Below, piece after piece: positions 21,322-30,543 of a DNA stretch of 64,000 nucleotides; positions within the stretch are counted from its first letter, which is position 1; each line of letters begins with the position of its first letter. Source of the DNA: Candidatus Sigynarchaeum calidifontis (lineage in GTDB: Archaea; Asgardarchaeota; Lokiarchaeia; Sigyniarchaeales; Sigyniarchaeaceae); NCBI GenBank assembly GCA_030587475.2, contig JAUQYZ020000230.1, positions 1-64,000 of the forward strand, written 5' to 3'. A model generated the notes under the pieces. It was given only the letters and a program-made list of their open reading frames with translations, ran no database searches and was not told the DNA's origin. The position numbers were made by a program, and so were the translations under genes.

Positions 21322-22101
21322 ATGACTCTTCTTGACGCGTGCGAGATAGGCCACCGGAGCTTCACGCACCGCCAAATCACCTACACGTTCACGTACAAGG
21401 CGATGCAGCGGGAATTGCTGGAAAACATGACGGTGCGGCGCCTCTACAAGTATATACAGCTCGTGCACGACGGAAAATTCCCGAACCAGCTGTTCGACAA
21501 TCCCACGGTGCCGAGGGCGAGCGTGATGAAGATCCGAGGGCTTGACAAGGCACAGAAGTCTTATTTGCAGCAAATACTGTTCGAGCAGAAGCTCGTGGAG
21601 CACGTCCCCCCGGAGAAGGCGGATATCCCCCGGCTCGTGCAAGACGTGTTCCAAAACTTCAAGGCAGAGGCGATCGACAAGGTGCCAGACCACGGCCCTG
21701 TCTTGAAATCGATCTTGATACGTCATCCCGCGTCGGTGGCCATCGAGATGCCCGTGTGGAAGGTGTCCGAGTTCAAGGCCAATTGCCTCACGGGGCACGT
21801 GGATCTCGTTCAAGTCGAGAAAAAGGCCGGATCCTCGCGAATGGAGATCAAGATCCTCGATTACAAGCCGGAAGGCGAGAACAAGTTCATTTTTTCCATC
21901 CCGCAAATTGCCCTCTACGCCCGGATGCTCGAGGAAAAACTCAACCCTGATCGCGAGACGAAAGACCCCGATTGCGAGATGAATTGCTATATTTTCGACA
22001 AGAAGGTCATGTGGAAGTTTAAGCCGTCGATTCTTCAAGCGCTCGACGAGCGGCTCGCCCAGTATCAAGTGCCCAGGGATTGGAAACCTTTCGTGGCATA
22101 G
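21322..22101 (+). CDS. PD-(D/E)XK nuclease family protein
   Basis: E.PVW, LTGHVDLV, ILDYKP and QIALYA motifs. Confidence 0.8.
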   Translation: MTLLDACEIGHRSFTHRQITYTFTYKAMQRELLENMTVRRLYKYIQLVHDGKFPNQLFDNPTVPRASVMKIRGLDKAQKSYLQQILFEQKLVEHVPPEKADIPRLVQDVFQNFKAEAIDKVPDHGPVLKSILIRHPASVAIEMPVWKVSEFKANCLTGHVDLVQVEKKAGSSRMEIKILDYKPEGENKFIFSIPQIALYARMLEEKLNPDRETKDPDCEMNCYIFDKKVMWKFKPSILQALDERLAQYQVPRDWKPFVA

Positions 22102-22163
22102 AGCATGTGTACCACATCGTTTAATATGGCGTTATCTTTTTTACACCATATCCCGAGCATCCG

Positions 22164-22532
22164 TTGAGCGTGGCACGCGTGGCACAATTCACCAAGAGTA
22201 TCTGGGAAAAAATTCTCGGCATTTTGAAACAAATCGGGCTGATCTTGTCGGCAATACTCGTCATGGCGCTCGTTGGCTCCGGCATCGGCCTCGCGATTAT
22301 CTTGAGGGCTTGGGGATTGGATTACACGAGCATCGTCTTGCCGAGCTTGATCATCGAGGTGATCGGGTGCATTATTGCCTATCAATTTAGCTCTAATTTC
22401 TTTCCGAAAGTGAGCCGCGACTACGAGGGTAGACCTTCCAAGAAGTCATCGACCGGGTATCGCGAGCCCGAGGAGATCGAGGCCCCTCCGAGCGACAAGG
22501 TCGAACTCCCCGAGCGCAAGGTCAAGTCATGA
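22164..22532 (+). CDS. Hypothetical two-TM membrane protein
   Basis: Two hydrophobic helices and a charged tail; operon-like spacing. Confidence 0.7.
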   Translation: MSVARVAQFTKSIWEKILGILKQIGLILSAILVMALVGSGIGLAIILRAWGLDYTSIVLPSLIIEVIGCIIAYQFSSNFFPKVSRDYEGRPSKKSSTGYREPEEIEAPPSDKVELPERKVKS

Positions 22533-22536
22533 TCGC

Positions 22537-23640
22537 GTGGCGGCCGTGGGCAAGATGCTTCTCGATTATTTGCCACTCATCGTTCCGATTAACTTCTCGT
22601 TTTCTGCAAACTGGTACTTCAAGCAATCGAATGGACGTATCCGTTATACCAAGGACGTTTTGCTCGATGATCCGCTGTTAAAGGCGCGCCTGGCCCTGGA
22701 AGGCGCGCACCTGCGCCACGACTTCCTCCCAGAGATGTTCCCGGATCCAAGTTCTACTAGGCCTTCCGTGAACCTTGGAATCGGCCTCGCGACCATCCCG
22801 CACTTCGTTTACGGGGCAATAGCGAAATATTTTACATATCAAGAGCCATGGACAGAGGTCCTGGTCAAACCTGGTGAAAACCCGCTCGATGTCGTCACTG
22901 CCATGGACGAATCGCGCCTGGAGGACCTGTATGCTCCCCTTGCAAACCAGAAAGATGCGTTGCTCCGGCAATACTCTCCGAAAGAAATAAGCATCGGCCC
23001 GCCCGACCAGCAAGGGCCGATGAACTTGCTCTTCAGGCTCGTCGGCGAGCGGATCTTCCATTACATGTTGAAGAAAAAGGACATCGCGCACCGATTATTC
23101 GAGAACATCACCACGACATTCATCAATTCGCACCGGTACTTCCGCCAGCTACTTCACGGCATAAGGCCCGGCAAGAAGATGCCTTTCAACGTGGCGGAGT
23201 GCTGCAGCTATCTTGAATCGCCCGCGCTCGTCGAGGAATTCAATTTAAAATATGACACGCGATGCGCCGAGGAACTCGGCCCGATGGGGCTGCACTCGTG
23301 TGGCCAGAGCACGCATAACCTGGAAGCGTTCTCCAAGTTCAAGATCATCTGGGCAGAATTTGGATTCGGTACGGATCTCGAAAAGGCTCGGAAACTCCTC
23401 GTACAAGAAGGCATCGGCCCTGTTTCTTTCTCTTGTCGCATCAATCCGAAGCGATTGCTCTCGCTCCAGCCTGCCGACATCGAAAAAGACGTGGAATACA
23501 TCCTTGGTGCCGTGAAAGGCGGCCCCGCGTCCATTGCCTCTGTTGGCGTTGATCACGGGACGCCGCGCGAGAACTTGCTCGCCGCGATGAACCGCGTGAA
23601 GCGATATATCGACGAGAAAGCGGAACTCGAGGCATGTTGA
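22537..23640 (+). CDS. Uroporphyrinogen decarboxylase / MtaA-CmuA methyltransferase superfamily protein
   Basis: QGPMNL...LVGE, AECC...SP, LHSCG and GTPRENL motifs. Confidence 0.8.
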   Translation: MAAVGKMLLDYLPLIVPINFSFSANWYFKQSNGRIRYTKDVLLDDPLLKARLALEGAHLRHDFLPEMFPDPSSTRPSVNLGIGLATIPHFVYGAIAKYFTYQEPWTEVLVKPGENPLDVVTAMDESRLEDLYAPLANQKDALLRQYSPKEISIGPPDQQGPMNLLFRLVGERIFHYMLKKKDIAHRLFENITTTFINSHRYFRQLLHGIRPGKKMPFNVAECCSYLESPALVEEFNLKYDTRCAEELGPMGLHSCGQSTHNLEAFSKFKIIWAEFGFGTDLEKARKLLVQEGIGPVSFSCRINPKRLLSLQPADIEKDVEYILGAVKGGPASIASVGVDHGTPRENLLAAMNRVKRYIDEKAELEAC

Positions 23641-23705
23641 TCGAAGCGAGAGAGCACGCAAAAAAAAGGTAATCGTGCGGGACAGCGCCCCGCGCTCGTA
23701 CCGGA

Positions 23706-23960
23706 TCAGGTCCAACCGGCGCGGATCGAACGCATGTCGATCTTTTTGATCGCCGGTGCCTTTGTTTCCTGGGTTACGGTAACCTTTCCCTCATTCTCGT
23801 TCAAATCGAGTAGACTTTCTACCATGCCCAGCTCGCTCTTCAAGAAGTCGCGCAAAGCCACTCGGATGGCCTCGCTCCGAGAAGGGAAGAGACCTTGCTC
23901 GGTCAATTTTGCAATTGCGTCAATGTATATGCTCGGAAGATTGACGGTAACGATCTGCAT
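23706..23960 (-). CDS. Ribbon-helix-helix (CopG/Arc/MetJ) transcriptional regulator
   Basis: MQIVTVNLP...GLFPSRSEAIRVALRDFL. Confidence 0.9.
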   Translation of the reverse strand: MQIVTVNLPSIYIDAIAKLTEQGLFPSRSEAIRVALRDFLKSELGMVESLLDLNENEGKVTVTQETKAPAIKKIDMRSIRAGWT

Positions 23961-24410
23961 GGCACGCACACCTTTCACGCGATTTCTAGTAAAACATTAA
24001 ACCTACACGCGGTACCCCGAACTGAAAGTAAAATTCTGGGTATGTTCTAATTTGTCGGGCAGATATATATGTGTTTTCCAGACTGCCAGCCCTTATTGCC
24101 TATGTTGCGTTTAAATAAAGTGACGCATGAACACAACGCCGGAGCGTCGAATATAAAACACGCGGACAGGATCGCATCCTTCCATAAGAACCCTTGAACA
24201 AAGTTCAACCCGATGTTAAAAAGTGGCTGCATCACGCATATAAATAAACCCTTGTTGCGCGGTTAACATTCGGCGTTGCGGCTTTTCTTTTCCCGCATCA
24301 TGCCGTTCTATGCATGTCCCCTCGTAATACTGTCGGATGCTGGCCGAGTTGCCGTTCGAATTTCCCCGGTGGCATCGCCTTTCTAATCCCCGGGAAGCGG
24401 GGTTTCAAGC

Positions 24411-24698
24411 ATGGCCGCGGAAAAGGAAACCAGCGACGCAGACGTGTTATTTTTCACGTCGACCCGTTGTGCCCCTTGCACGATGCTGAAACGGAAGCTC
24501 GAGGCCATAAACTCGGAGATGCCTGGCCAAATACGCATCAAGACGATCGACATCGAATCGAACGACGACGCGGCGGTGCACGGAATACGAACCGTGCCCG
24601 TTCTCAAGATCGTCAAGAACAGCGAGATTTTCGTCGGGGACATGGAAATGGATGATTTAAGGAACGTGCTCATCCGCAACTTGTATTTTTCCTCATAA
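24411..24698 (+). CDS. Thioredoxin-family protein
   Basis: FFTSTRCAPC active site and cis-Pro loop GIRTVP. Confidence 0.9.
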   Translation: MAAEKETSDADVLFFTSTRCAPCTMLKRKLEAINSEMPGQIRIKTIDIESNDDAAVHGIRTVPVLKIVKNSEIFVGDMEMDDLRNVLIRNLYFSS

Positions 24699-24790
24699 GG
24701 CTGCCCAAGGTGGGCACGCTTGTGCTGGATCCTTTAACCCCGGTTATATCCTAACAAAACGTTCAAGTTATCTCAAGGATAGAAATTCTC

Positions 24791-25663
24791 GTGGCCCTCG
24801 CATCCAGCTCGATGCCGGTCATCCGGCAAGTATACAACAGCTGTGGCATAGCTAGCGTGCTCATGGTTCTCAAACCCGACAAGAACAAGGAGCTTGATGC
24901 CTTCCTTCGAAACTTGGAAAAAAAAATCACCAAGAACCTGAAACTTGATCCTGTCCGTTATGATTTCCTGGATCGGGTTCAATTTGCAGCAGCCTGGTTG
25001 ATCTTGCATGCCGTATTCAAGGAACCTGCCATCCTCGAGATGCTGGCGCCGAGCTATCCTGACATCGAGAATTTCCGGCCGATGCTGGAATCGCGGCTCG
25101 ATGAAATGGTCGTGTACCAAAAGGCAGGGAACAACGCGAGGATAGAGAAAGACCACGCGCGACTCATTGAACGCGGGGAGATCACCCAGAACGTGCTCGT
25201 CTCGTATGTCCAGGAACAGAAGACCGATGCGGAGCTTAGATTGCTCGGTTCCATGTTCGGTCTCGTTTTCAAGGCCGTACCCGAGGCAGACGGCGGCACG
25301 CCGCTCGGGACGGTCGCCCAGGTCGATCCACGACATCCCGAGGAATACATGAAGAAAGTCGGCTTGCTCGTAAGGCAGCTCGAGGCCGGAGCCGTGTTCG
25401 CCAACTATGAGTATCACTGGCTTCCCTTGCGCGAGATCGGGACCCGCATCGGTCAATTCGTGAAGGAAGAAAAGCAAATTGCCAGTGCAAGCGAGATATC
25501 CGCCACGCCGCATTACTTCAAGCTTAACAACCCGCTCTCTGGCACGATCCTTTCCGTGACGAGATTGGACATACTCGCAAAGTATATCTTCTACCTCTAC
25601 GATTTTCAATTATCACAGCAGCGACGAATCCTAAACTTGCTCAAGGCCACGCTCAAGCTCTGA
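24791..25663 (+). CDS. Papain-fold C39-like cysteine peptidase (paralog 1)
   Basis: RQVYNSCGIASVLMVL (oxyanion Q, catalytic C), YHW and LNNPL; start may be the ATG at 24812. Confidence 0.7.
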   Translation: MALASSSMPVIRQVYNSCGIASVLMVLKPDKNKELDAFLRNLEKKITKNLKLDPVRYDFLDRVQFAAAWLILHAVFKEPAILEMLAPSYPDIENFRPMLESRLDEMVVYQKAGNNARIEKDHARLIERGEITQNVLVSYVQEQKTDAELRLLGSMFGLVFKAVPEADGGTPLGTVAQVDPRHPEEYMKKVGLLVRQLEAGAVFANYEYHWLPLREIGTRIGQFVKEEKQIASASEISATPHYFKLNNPLSGTILSVTRLDILAKYIFYLYDFQLSQQRRILNLLKATLKL

Positions 25664-25689
25664 CGAGAACCCAGACCTCCTGGCTCACC

Positions 25690-26538
25690 GTGATGTCGAC
25701 CATTCCCTTCGAGAAGATCGCGGGCGGCCCGCTGCCGCTCGTGAAGCAGACCAGCAACACGTGCGGCTTGGCATCGCTCGCGATGGTGTTTTTGCACCAT
25801 TCCGGCCTGATCGACCAGTTTCTGGGTTCCGTGTATACAGCAAAGCACGCGGATGGCGTGAGCTCGCGTGCCCGGCACGGAAATAAGGAAACCCCGGGCC
25901 ACGACGCGATGATCATCTGGTCCGAGGGCTACTTGCTCGCAAAGGCCCGCCTCTCTCGCCGCATCTCGAATTGGTTCGAGCGGAACGACGGTTCGTTCGT
26001 GTACGAGGATTTCAAGCTAAGCATCGACATGTTGATCGATAGCATTGCAGGGCGCGAGGCCAAGCGTGACAAGGCTCTTGGTTCCGCGTTGAAGTACTTC
26101 AAGCACGGGACGATCCGGAAGGTCTTCGTCGCCCGGTACCTGGACCAGTTCAAGACCCAGCTCGAACTCAAGGTGCTCGCCGCGATGTTCGGGTTCGAGT
26201 TCGTTCCCTACCCGCGTGACACGATGGGTAACTTGTACTTCGCGAACGGCGACCGTGAGATGGCCGAGAAGATCAAGTTCGTGCAAGGAATGCTCGCCAA
26301 GCCAGACCACGCGGCGATCCTGGGGCACGGCCAATCACACTGGATGGTGGTGCACACCTTGCTTAAAGGTGGCGTCGACGGGCAAGAATATGCGCTCGGT
26401 ATCAACGACCCGCTCGGTTCCACCCAAACGATACCCCTTAAACGGCTTGACCACACGTATCTCTTCTATTTTTTCAAGTATAACGAGCAGAAATGTCGTG
26501 AGGGCATACGCTTTCTTAGCGACGTGCTCCACGTGTGA
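25690..26538 (+). CDS. Papain-fold C39-like cysteine peptidase (paralog 2)
   Basis: KQTSNTCGLASLAMV, SHWMVV and INDPLG motifs. Confidence 0.75.
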   Translation: MMSTIPFEKIAGGPLPLVKQTSNTCGLASLAMVFLHHSGLIDQFLGSVYTAKHADGVSSRARHGNKETPGHDAMIIWSEGYLLAKARLSRRISNWFERNDGSFVYEDFKLSIDMLIDSIAGREAKRDKALGSALKYFKHGTIRKVFVARYLDQFKTQLELKVLAAMFGFEFVPYPRDTMGNLYFANGDREMAEKIKFVQGMLAKPDHAAILGHGQSHWMVVHTLLKGGVDGQEYALGINDPLGSTQTIPLKRLDHTYLFYFFKYNEQKCREGIRFLSDVLHV

Positions 26539-26592
26539 TTGCCCGGTTTTTCAAGAACATGTTACAATGTTACCAGGCTTGATATGGTCGTT

Positions 26593-27108
26593 TCACTTGA
26601 GATGAAAGATCTCCGAAACGTAGTCGCGCCGGCTCTCGAAGTTCTGGTCGAGGTAGACCGTGAGCGCGTGCTCCGGGTGATGCAAGATCGTGACAGGCAC
26701 GATTTCCAAGGGATTCGCCAGAACGAGTTTCTTGGGAAGGTCGATGATGAATGTCTTGTCGCAGCGCTCGCACTTGACGAAGATCCGCTTCTCGCCCGCG
26801 AGCTGTTCGGGCGTTGCGGCCTGCTTTTTTTTCCTGGAAAAATCACCACACCCGTCGCTCTCGATCGGCGGGATCTTGGGAATCGGCGGGGCCTTGAGGG
26901 ACGTGCCAGGCGTGCTGGTAGTGTTGCCCGGGGACGGCATGGGTGGTTTCGGTGGGAGCTTGATGCAATCAAAACCAGGCGGCGCGGCGGCGTTGCATGC
27001 GGGCGGTTTTTCCTCCGCGGGCTTTTTCACGATGTTATTTAAAATGAAGGTGATAAGCTGGCGCTTGTCAAGTTTCAGCAATTCCTCGCGCGTGACGTTT
27101 TCAGACAT
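26593..27108 (-). CDS. Proline-rich protein with a C-terminal CxxC/His zinc-binding-like domain
   Basis: LPPKPPMPSP...APPIPKIPP linker; CERC...HHPEHALTVYLDQNFESRR. Confidence 0.75.
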   Translation of the reverse strand: MSENVTREELLKLDKRQLITFILNNIVKKPAEEKPPACNAAAPPGFDCIKLPPKPPMPSPGNTTSTPGTSLKAPPIPKIPPIESDGCGDFSRKKKQAATPEQLAGEKRIFVKCERCDKTFIIDLPKKLVLANPLEIVPVTILHHPEHALTVYLDQNFESRRDYVSEIFHLK

Positions 27109-27226
27109 GTTAAGAGACTCGATAGGAAAGTGATAATTATAATAAAATTATTATCCAGTCCATAAAAAATTTCGTCGATCGGTCGCTGTGGAGAGTCATT
27201 TGGCTGGGGAGATCATGAAATAACTT

Positions 27227-28009
27227 TCACGCAACGAGCAGCACGATGAAATACACCATGAAGAAATTTCCGAGGATGATCCCGATGCTCTTGATGTTGC
27301 CGGCGGATGCCCTGGGAACGCGGTAAATGTAGATGCAAGCCAGTGGAACGAAGGCGATCGGCACGATGTTGAAATCCCGCGACAAGATAAACAAGACGAG
27401 CCCCGACACGAGCGTGAAAATCGAGAAAAGTATCACGATGGACCGCACGCGTGCCGGCGAGAAGCGCCGGGCCAGCGCGTCGCGGTCGAGTGCCTCGTGC
27501 ATGAACTGGGAGAGCACGCCGAACAAGTACAAGCTTGCCAGCCAGAGCCACTCGACCGGATCGTCTGGCACGTGAATGGTAAAAAAAGGCATGCATATCT
27601 CGGCGAATACTTGCACGAAACCACTCGCCAGCGGGATCCGCTTCATCCCGAAGTTGTAGACCGCGACGAGAACCATGGCGGTTCCGATCCAGAGGGCGTT
27701 GAGCAGGTTGATAGCGACCGCGTCCACGAAGCAGAGCAGCGCCAGGCAGATACTTCCCATGGCGATGGCGGCGAGTTCCTTGGCCCGCCACCCCGTGTCG
27801 CGATCCTTGTCGACAATGTCGTTGATGACATTGCCCGCGACGGCAAGGAATGCCCAGCCGAGAATCGTCTTGAGGTGGTCGAGGATCGTGAATCCCGGAT
27901 CGGATTTATTGGCATACAATGCGATCAAGCACGGGATGACGACGACGAAGAGGTAATCGAGGCGTATGGCCTCCCAGCGGCTGTGCGTGGTCTTCGAGGG
28001 TTCGGACAC
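27227..28009 (-). CDS. UbiA prenyltransferase superfamily membrane protein
   Basis: Asp-rich GNVINDIVDKDRD, YN and HEALDRD motifs; multiple TM helices. Confidence 0.8.
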   Translation of the reverse strand: MSEPSKTTHSRWEAIRLDYLFVVVIPCLIALYANKSDPGFTILDHLKTILGWAFLAVAGNVINDIVDKDRDTGWRAKELAAIAMGSICLALLCFVDAVAINLLNALWIGTAMVLVAVYNFGMKRIPLASGFVQVFAEICMPFFTIHVPDDPVEWLWLASLYLFGVLSQFMHEALDRDALARRFSPARVRSIVILFSIFTLVSGLVLFILSRDFNIVPIAFVPLACIYIYRVPRASAGNIKSIGIILGNFFMVYFIVLLVA

Positions 28010-28072
28010 GGCTCATCGAAACAAGCAAGAACACGCTCCCACAAAAAGTCAACGCCACTGCCCTTCCCGGGA

Positions 28073-28750
28073 TCATGGATACCAGGGATGGCCTGGCGGG
28101 ATCGCCGGCGGGTTCCAGACGGGAACCCATGCGCCCTCGAGCGCGAAAAAACTGAGCTCGACCCCGGCGATGAGGATGAGCGCGGTGATGCCGACCGCCA
28201 CGGCTTGCATCCCGATCCGCTTTCTTGCAGTCCACGTTTCCTTCGTGTCGATCCAGTAGGTGCACAGTGCCCAGCCGAAGATGCAATAAAACCACGCGAG
28301 CCAGTTGATGATCGGGATGCCAAGCCAGCCGAAGCCGCGCGGCCCCCATGCGCTGGGCGTCCATACCCAGTTCCCGAAATAGACCTGGAAGGGATCGAGC
28401 ACGACGTCCCAGCACGTGGCGATCAGGGACGTGATCATGGCCGCGACGAACAGGTGCTTGTTCAAGGCCGGCCATGCCTTGAACATGACCTCGGCCATCG
28501 ACATGGTCACGTAACTGACCAGGATCCACCCGAGCTGCGTGACCACGGGAACGAGGGAGCCGGGGAAGTAGAGCACGTAGCCCCACTCCGTGTACGAGCC
28601 CTGGACCACGCCCGAGTTCTCCATGACCAGCCCCATCAAATACCCGACGCCGAAGATGCGCGCGGCGTATTCCTTTCCTTTCGTCTTGAGGCAATGCACG
28701 AGGAGACCCGCGATCCCCCCGCAAACGAGCAATTCAATCACCAAGCCCAT
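28073..28750 (-). CDS. CruF/DUF422 carotenoid-hydratase-like membrane protein
   Basis: MENSGV..GSY, VP...GW, WDVVLDP...GNWVW and GIPIINWLAWF motifs. Confidence 0.75.
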   Translation of the reverse strand: MGLVIELLVCGGIAGLLVHCLKTKGKEYAARIFGVGYLMGLVMENSGVVQGSYTEWGYVLYFPGSLVPVVTQLGWILVSYVTMSMAEVMFKAWPALNKHLFVAAMITSLIATCWDVVLDPFQVYFGNWVWTPSAWGPRGFGWLGIPIINWLAWFYCIFGWALCTYWIDTKETWTARKRIGMQAVAVGITALILIAGVELSFFALEGAWVPVWNPPAIPPGHPWYP

Positions 28751-28936
28751 TCACGCGGCCTCCCTTGGCTTTTCACGGGCGATCTTCACGCGGGCGACGA
28801 TGTATATCACGATCCAAAACAAGGGAAACACGACGGTCGGCAAGTACGAGTACAGCCCGAGGACGATCTCGGCGACGAAGAACGCGGCCGTGATGGCGAC
28901 GTATATCCAGAACGGCAAGGCATGTATCTTTTTCAT
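28751..28936 (-). CDS. Small two-TM membrane protein
   Basis: 61-aa hydrophobic ORF whose stop abuts the ATG of the CruF-like gene. Confidence 0.65.
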   Translation of the reverse strand: MKKIHALPFWIYVAITAAFFVAEIVLGLYSYLPTVVFPLFWIVIYIVARVKIAREKPREAA

Positions 28937-29292
28937 GTTCCGATCAGAACGTACTTCGTGTCCACTATTTATAAGATACGCGGGACGCCATCGGGCAATG
29001 GCACGATTTTAATGCAATCGAATGCTGCAATCCGTGAACATTGTTCAAGATTATCTATATAGATGCTGAAAAACCTCGAGGGATATCACGGGTCAAGAGC
29101 AGTATCTCTCCCGCACGAGCATAATAAAGTCTCGTTGAGCGATTGCACGAGAAAAAATAGATGAACACGGGTCAATTAGCACGAAAGAATGAGTGGATTC
29201 CAAATTGAAGTCCATGGTCACGGATCTACGAGAAAGATCGCGTTATTTCTCCACGTGCTGCCCGCCTCGAACCATCGATGAGAAGGTGTGGA

Positions 29293-29850
29293 TCAGATTT
29301 GCTCGCCGCTGCGCTTGAGCAGCGTTTTCACGAGGTTCAGGAATGCGTCGTCAACATTAGTTCCTTCTTTTGCGCTGGTCTCGATAAAGTCGATGGCGCC
29401 TATCTTTTTCTTTAGATCCTCGCCCTGGCTGGTCTGGATTTTCTTTATATCGGTGAGGTCGGCCTTGTTGCCAACCAGGATGAAGATCTTCTCGCCCGTC
29501 GTGTTCTCCGCGTAGTCCTTGACCCAGGTTGCCTCCAAATTATTGAATGTATCGGTCCGGGTAACATCATAAACGAGCATCGCGGCACTGCATCCTTTAT
29601 AGTAGAGTTTACGCACCGATGCATATCTCTCTTGGCCTGCTATGTCCCAGAGCACCAAATTGCAGAGAATCTCTTTCCCTTTCTTGTCCTTGAAGCTGAT
29701 CTCTTTCAAGATGAGATTCACGCCCAGAGTTGGCTTGTATTCTTTCATGAATTTCTTTTGAATGAACCGGGCGATGAGGCTCGTCTTTCCGACTGCATAG
29801 TCTCCTATAACCGCTATCTTGAACACGAAATCGGGTTCCTTGTCCGCCAT
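29293..29850 (-). CDS. Rab-like small GTPase (Ras superfamily)
   Basis: G1 GDYAVGKTS, G2 PTLGV, G3 WDIAGQE, G4 GNKAD, G5 ETSAK; RabF-like YYKGC and LVYDVT; no C-terminal Cys motif. Confidence 0.95.
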   Translation of the reverse strand: MADKEPDFVFKIAVIGDYAVGKTSLIARFIQKKFMKEYKPTLGVNLILKEISFKDKKGKEILCNLVLWDIAGQERYASVRKLYYKGCSAAMLVYDVTRTDTFNNLEATWVKDYAENTTGEKIFILVGNKADLTDIKKIQTSQGEDLKKKIGAIDFIETSAKEGTNVDDAFLNLVKTLLKRSGEQI

Positions 29851-29870
29851 CGTGATTCCAGCGCTCCTGG

Positions 29871-30416
29871 TTATTGTCTCTTCAACTCGAACGTGGTGCT
29901 TGGTTGCTCCATTTTACTCACGACATCGCTCGCGACGAATTTCGCACCGTCGGGCGACGAATTCGCCGCGGCAACCTCGAAAAATCCCGCCCAAATGTAG
30001 CTAGCCGAGAAAAGCGGGTCATTGTTAACCGTTATCTTGAATCCGTCCTTGTCTTTCTTGATCGTGATGTCCCAGGTCCCGTCTATCCATTTCTTCATCT
30101 TTTCGATGAGCGTTTCGAGGCTATACCCGTAAGGGTGCAAGTATATGGCAAACTTGCGCCCCGTCTCGCGAAGCAGCGCCTTGGACCCGTATCCAAGCAG
30201 CCGGTTCATCGCCGTGGTCAGCCGGATCAAGTCGCTCTTCGGTAGCGACGCGATCAGCGAAGGTCGCACGTGCGCATACTTCGTGCTCAAGCCCGCGAAC
30301 CTGATGACCGACATCTTGCCATCTTGGCCGATGATCTCGTTCAGTGCTTCAAGGAGAGCCGAGAACACGACTTGCTTGACCTTCTCGGTTTTTCCCTTCT
30401 CCTTACGCTTGGCCAT
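29871..30416 (-). CDS. V4R / TRAPP-Bet3-like fold protein lacking Zn-binding cysteines
   Basis: ALLEALNEIIG..G...VIRFAGL...LLRETGRKF pattern; FKITVNNDPL...WAGFF...FEL; contains no Cys. Confidence 0.6.
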   Translation of the reverse strand: MAKRKEKGKTEKVKQVVFSALLEALNEIIGQDGKMSVIRFAGLSTKYAHVRPSLIASLPKSDLIRLTTAMNRLLGYGSKALLRETGRKFAIYLHPYGYSLETLIEKMKKWIDGTWDITIKKDKDGFKITVNNDPLFSASYIWAGFFEVAAANSSPDGAKFVASDVVSKMEQPSTTFELKRQ

Positions 30417-30543
30417 GGCGCTCACTCGAGCTCACTTGATGGATGCTGTGTTATATTATTCCCCCGGACAATATATAAAGAGGTATTACGGGGGCACGGT
30501 TCCCTCGATCTTGATCGGGGACCGGCCGCGGGTCGCGTCCGGG

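Noticed and set aside
21322-22101. Cas4 or cognate restriction enzyme for the methyltransferases
   Set aside because: Lacks the Cas4 four-Cys cluster and any cas context; lies about 37 kb from the MTases.
18327-26538. RiPP cluster hypothesis (TldD/E + C39-like peptidases + thioredoxin)
   Set aside because: No precursor peptide, YcaO, lanthionine or SPASM enzyme, or exporter; genes are interspersed with unrelated ORFs; TldD/PmbA is near-universal in archaea.
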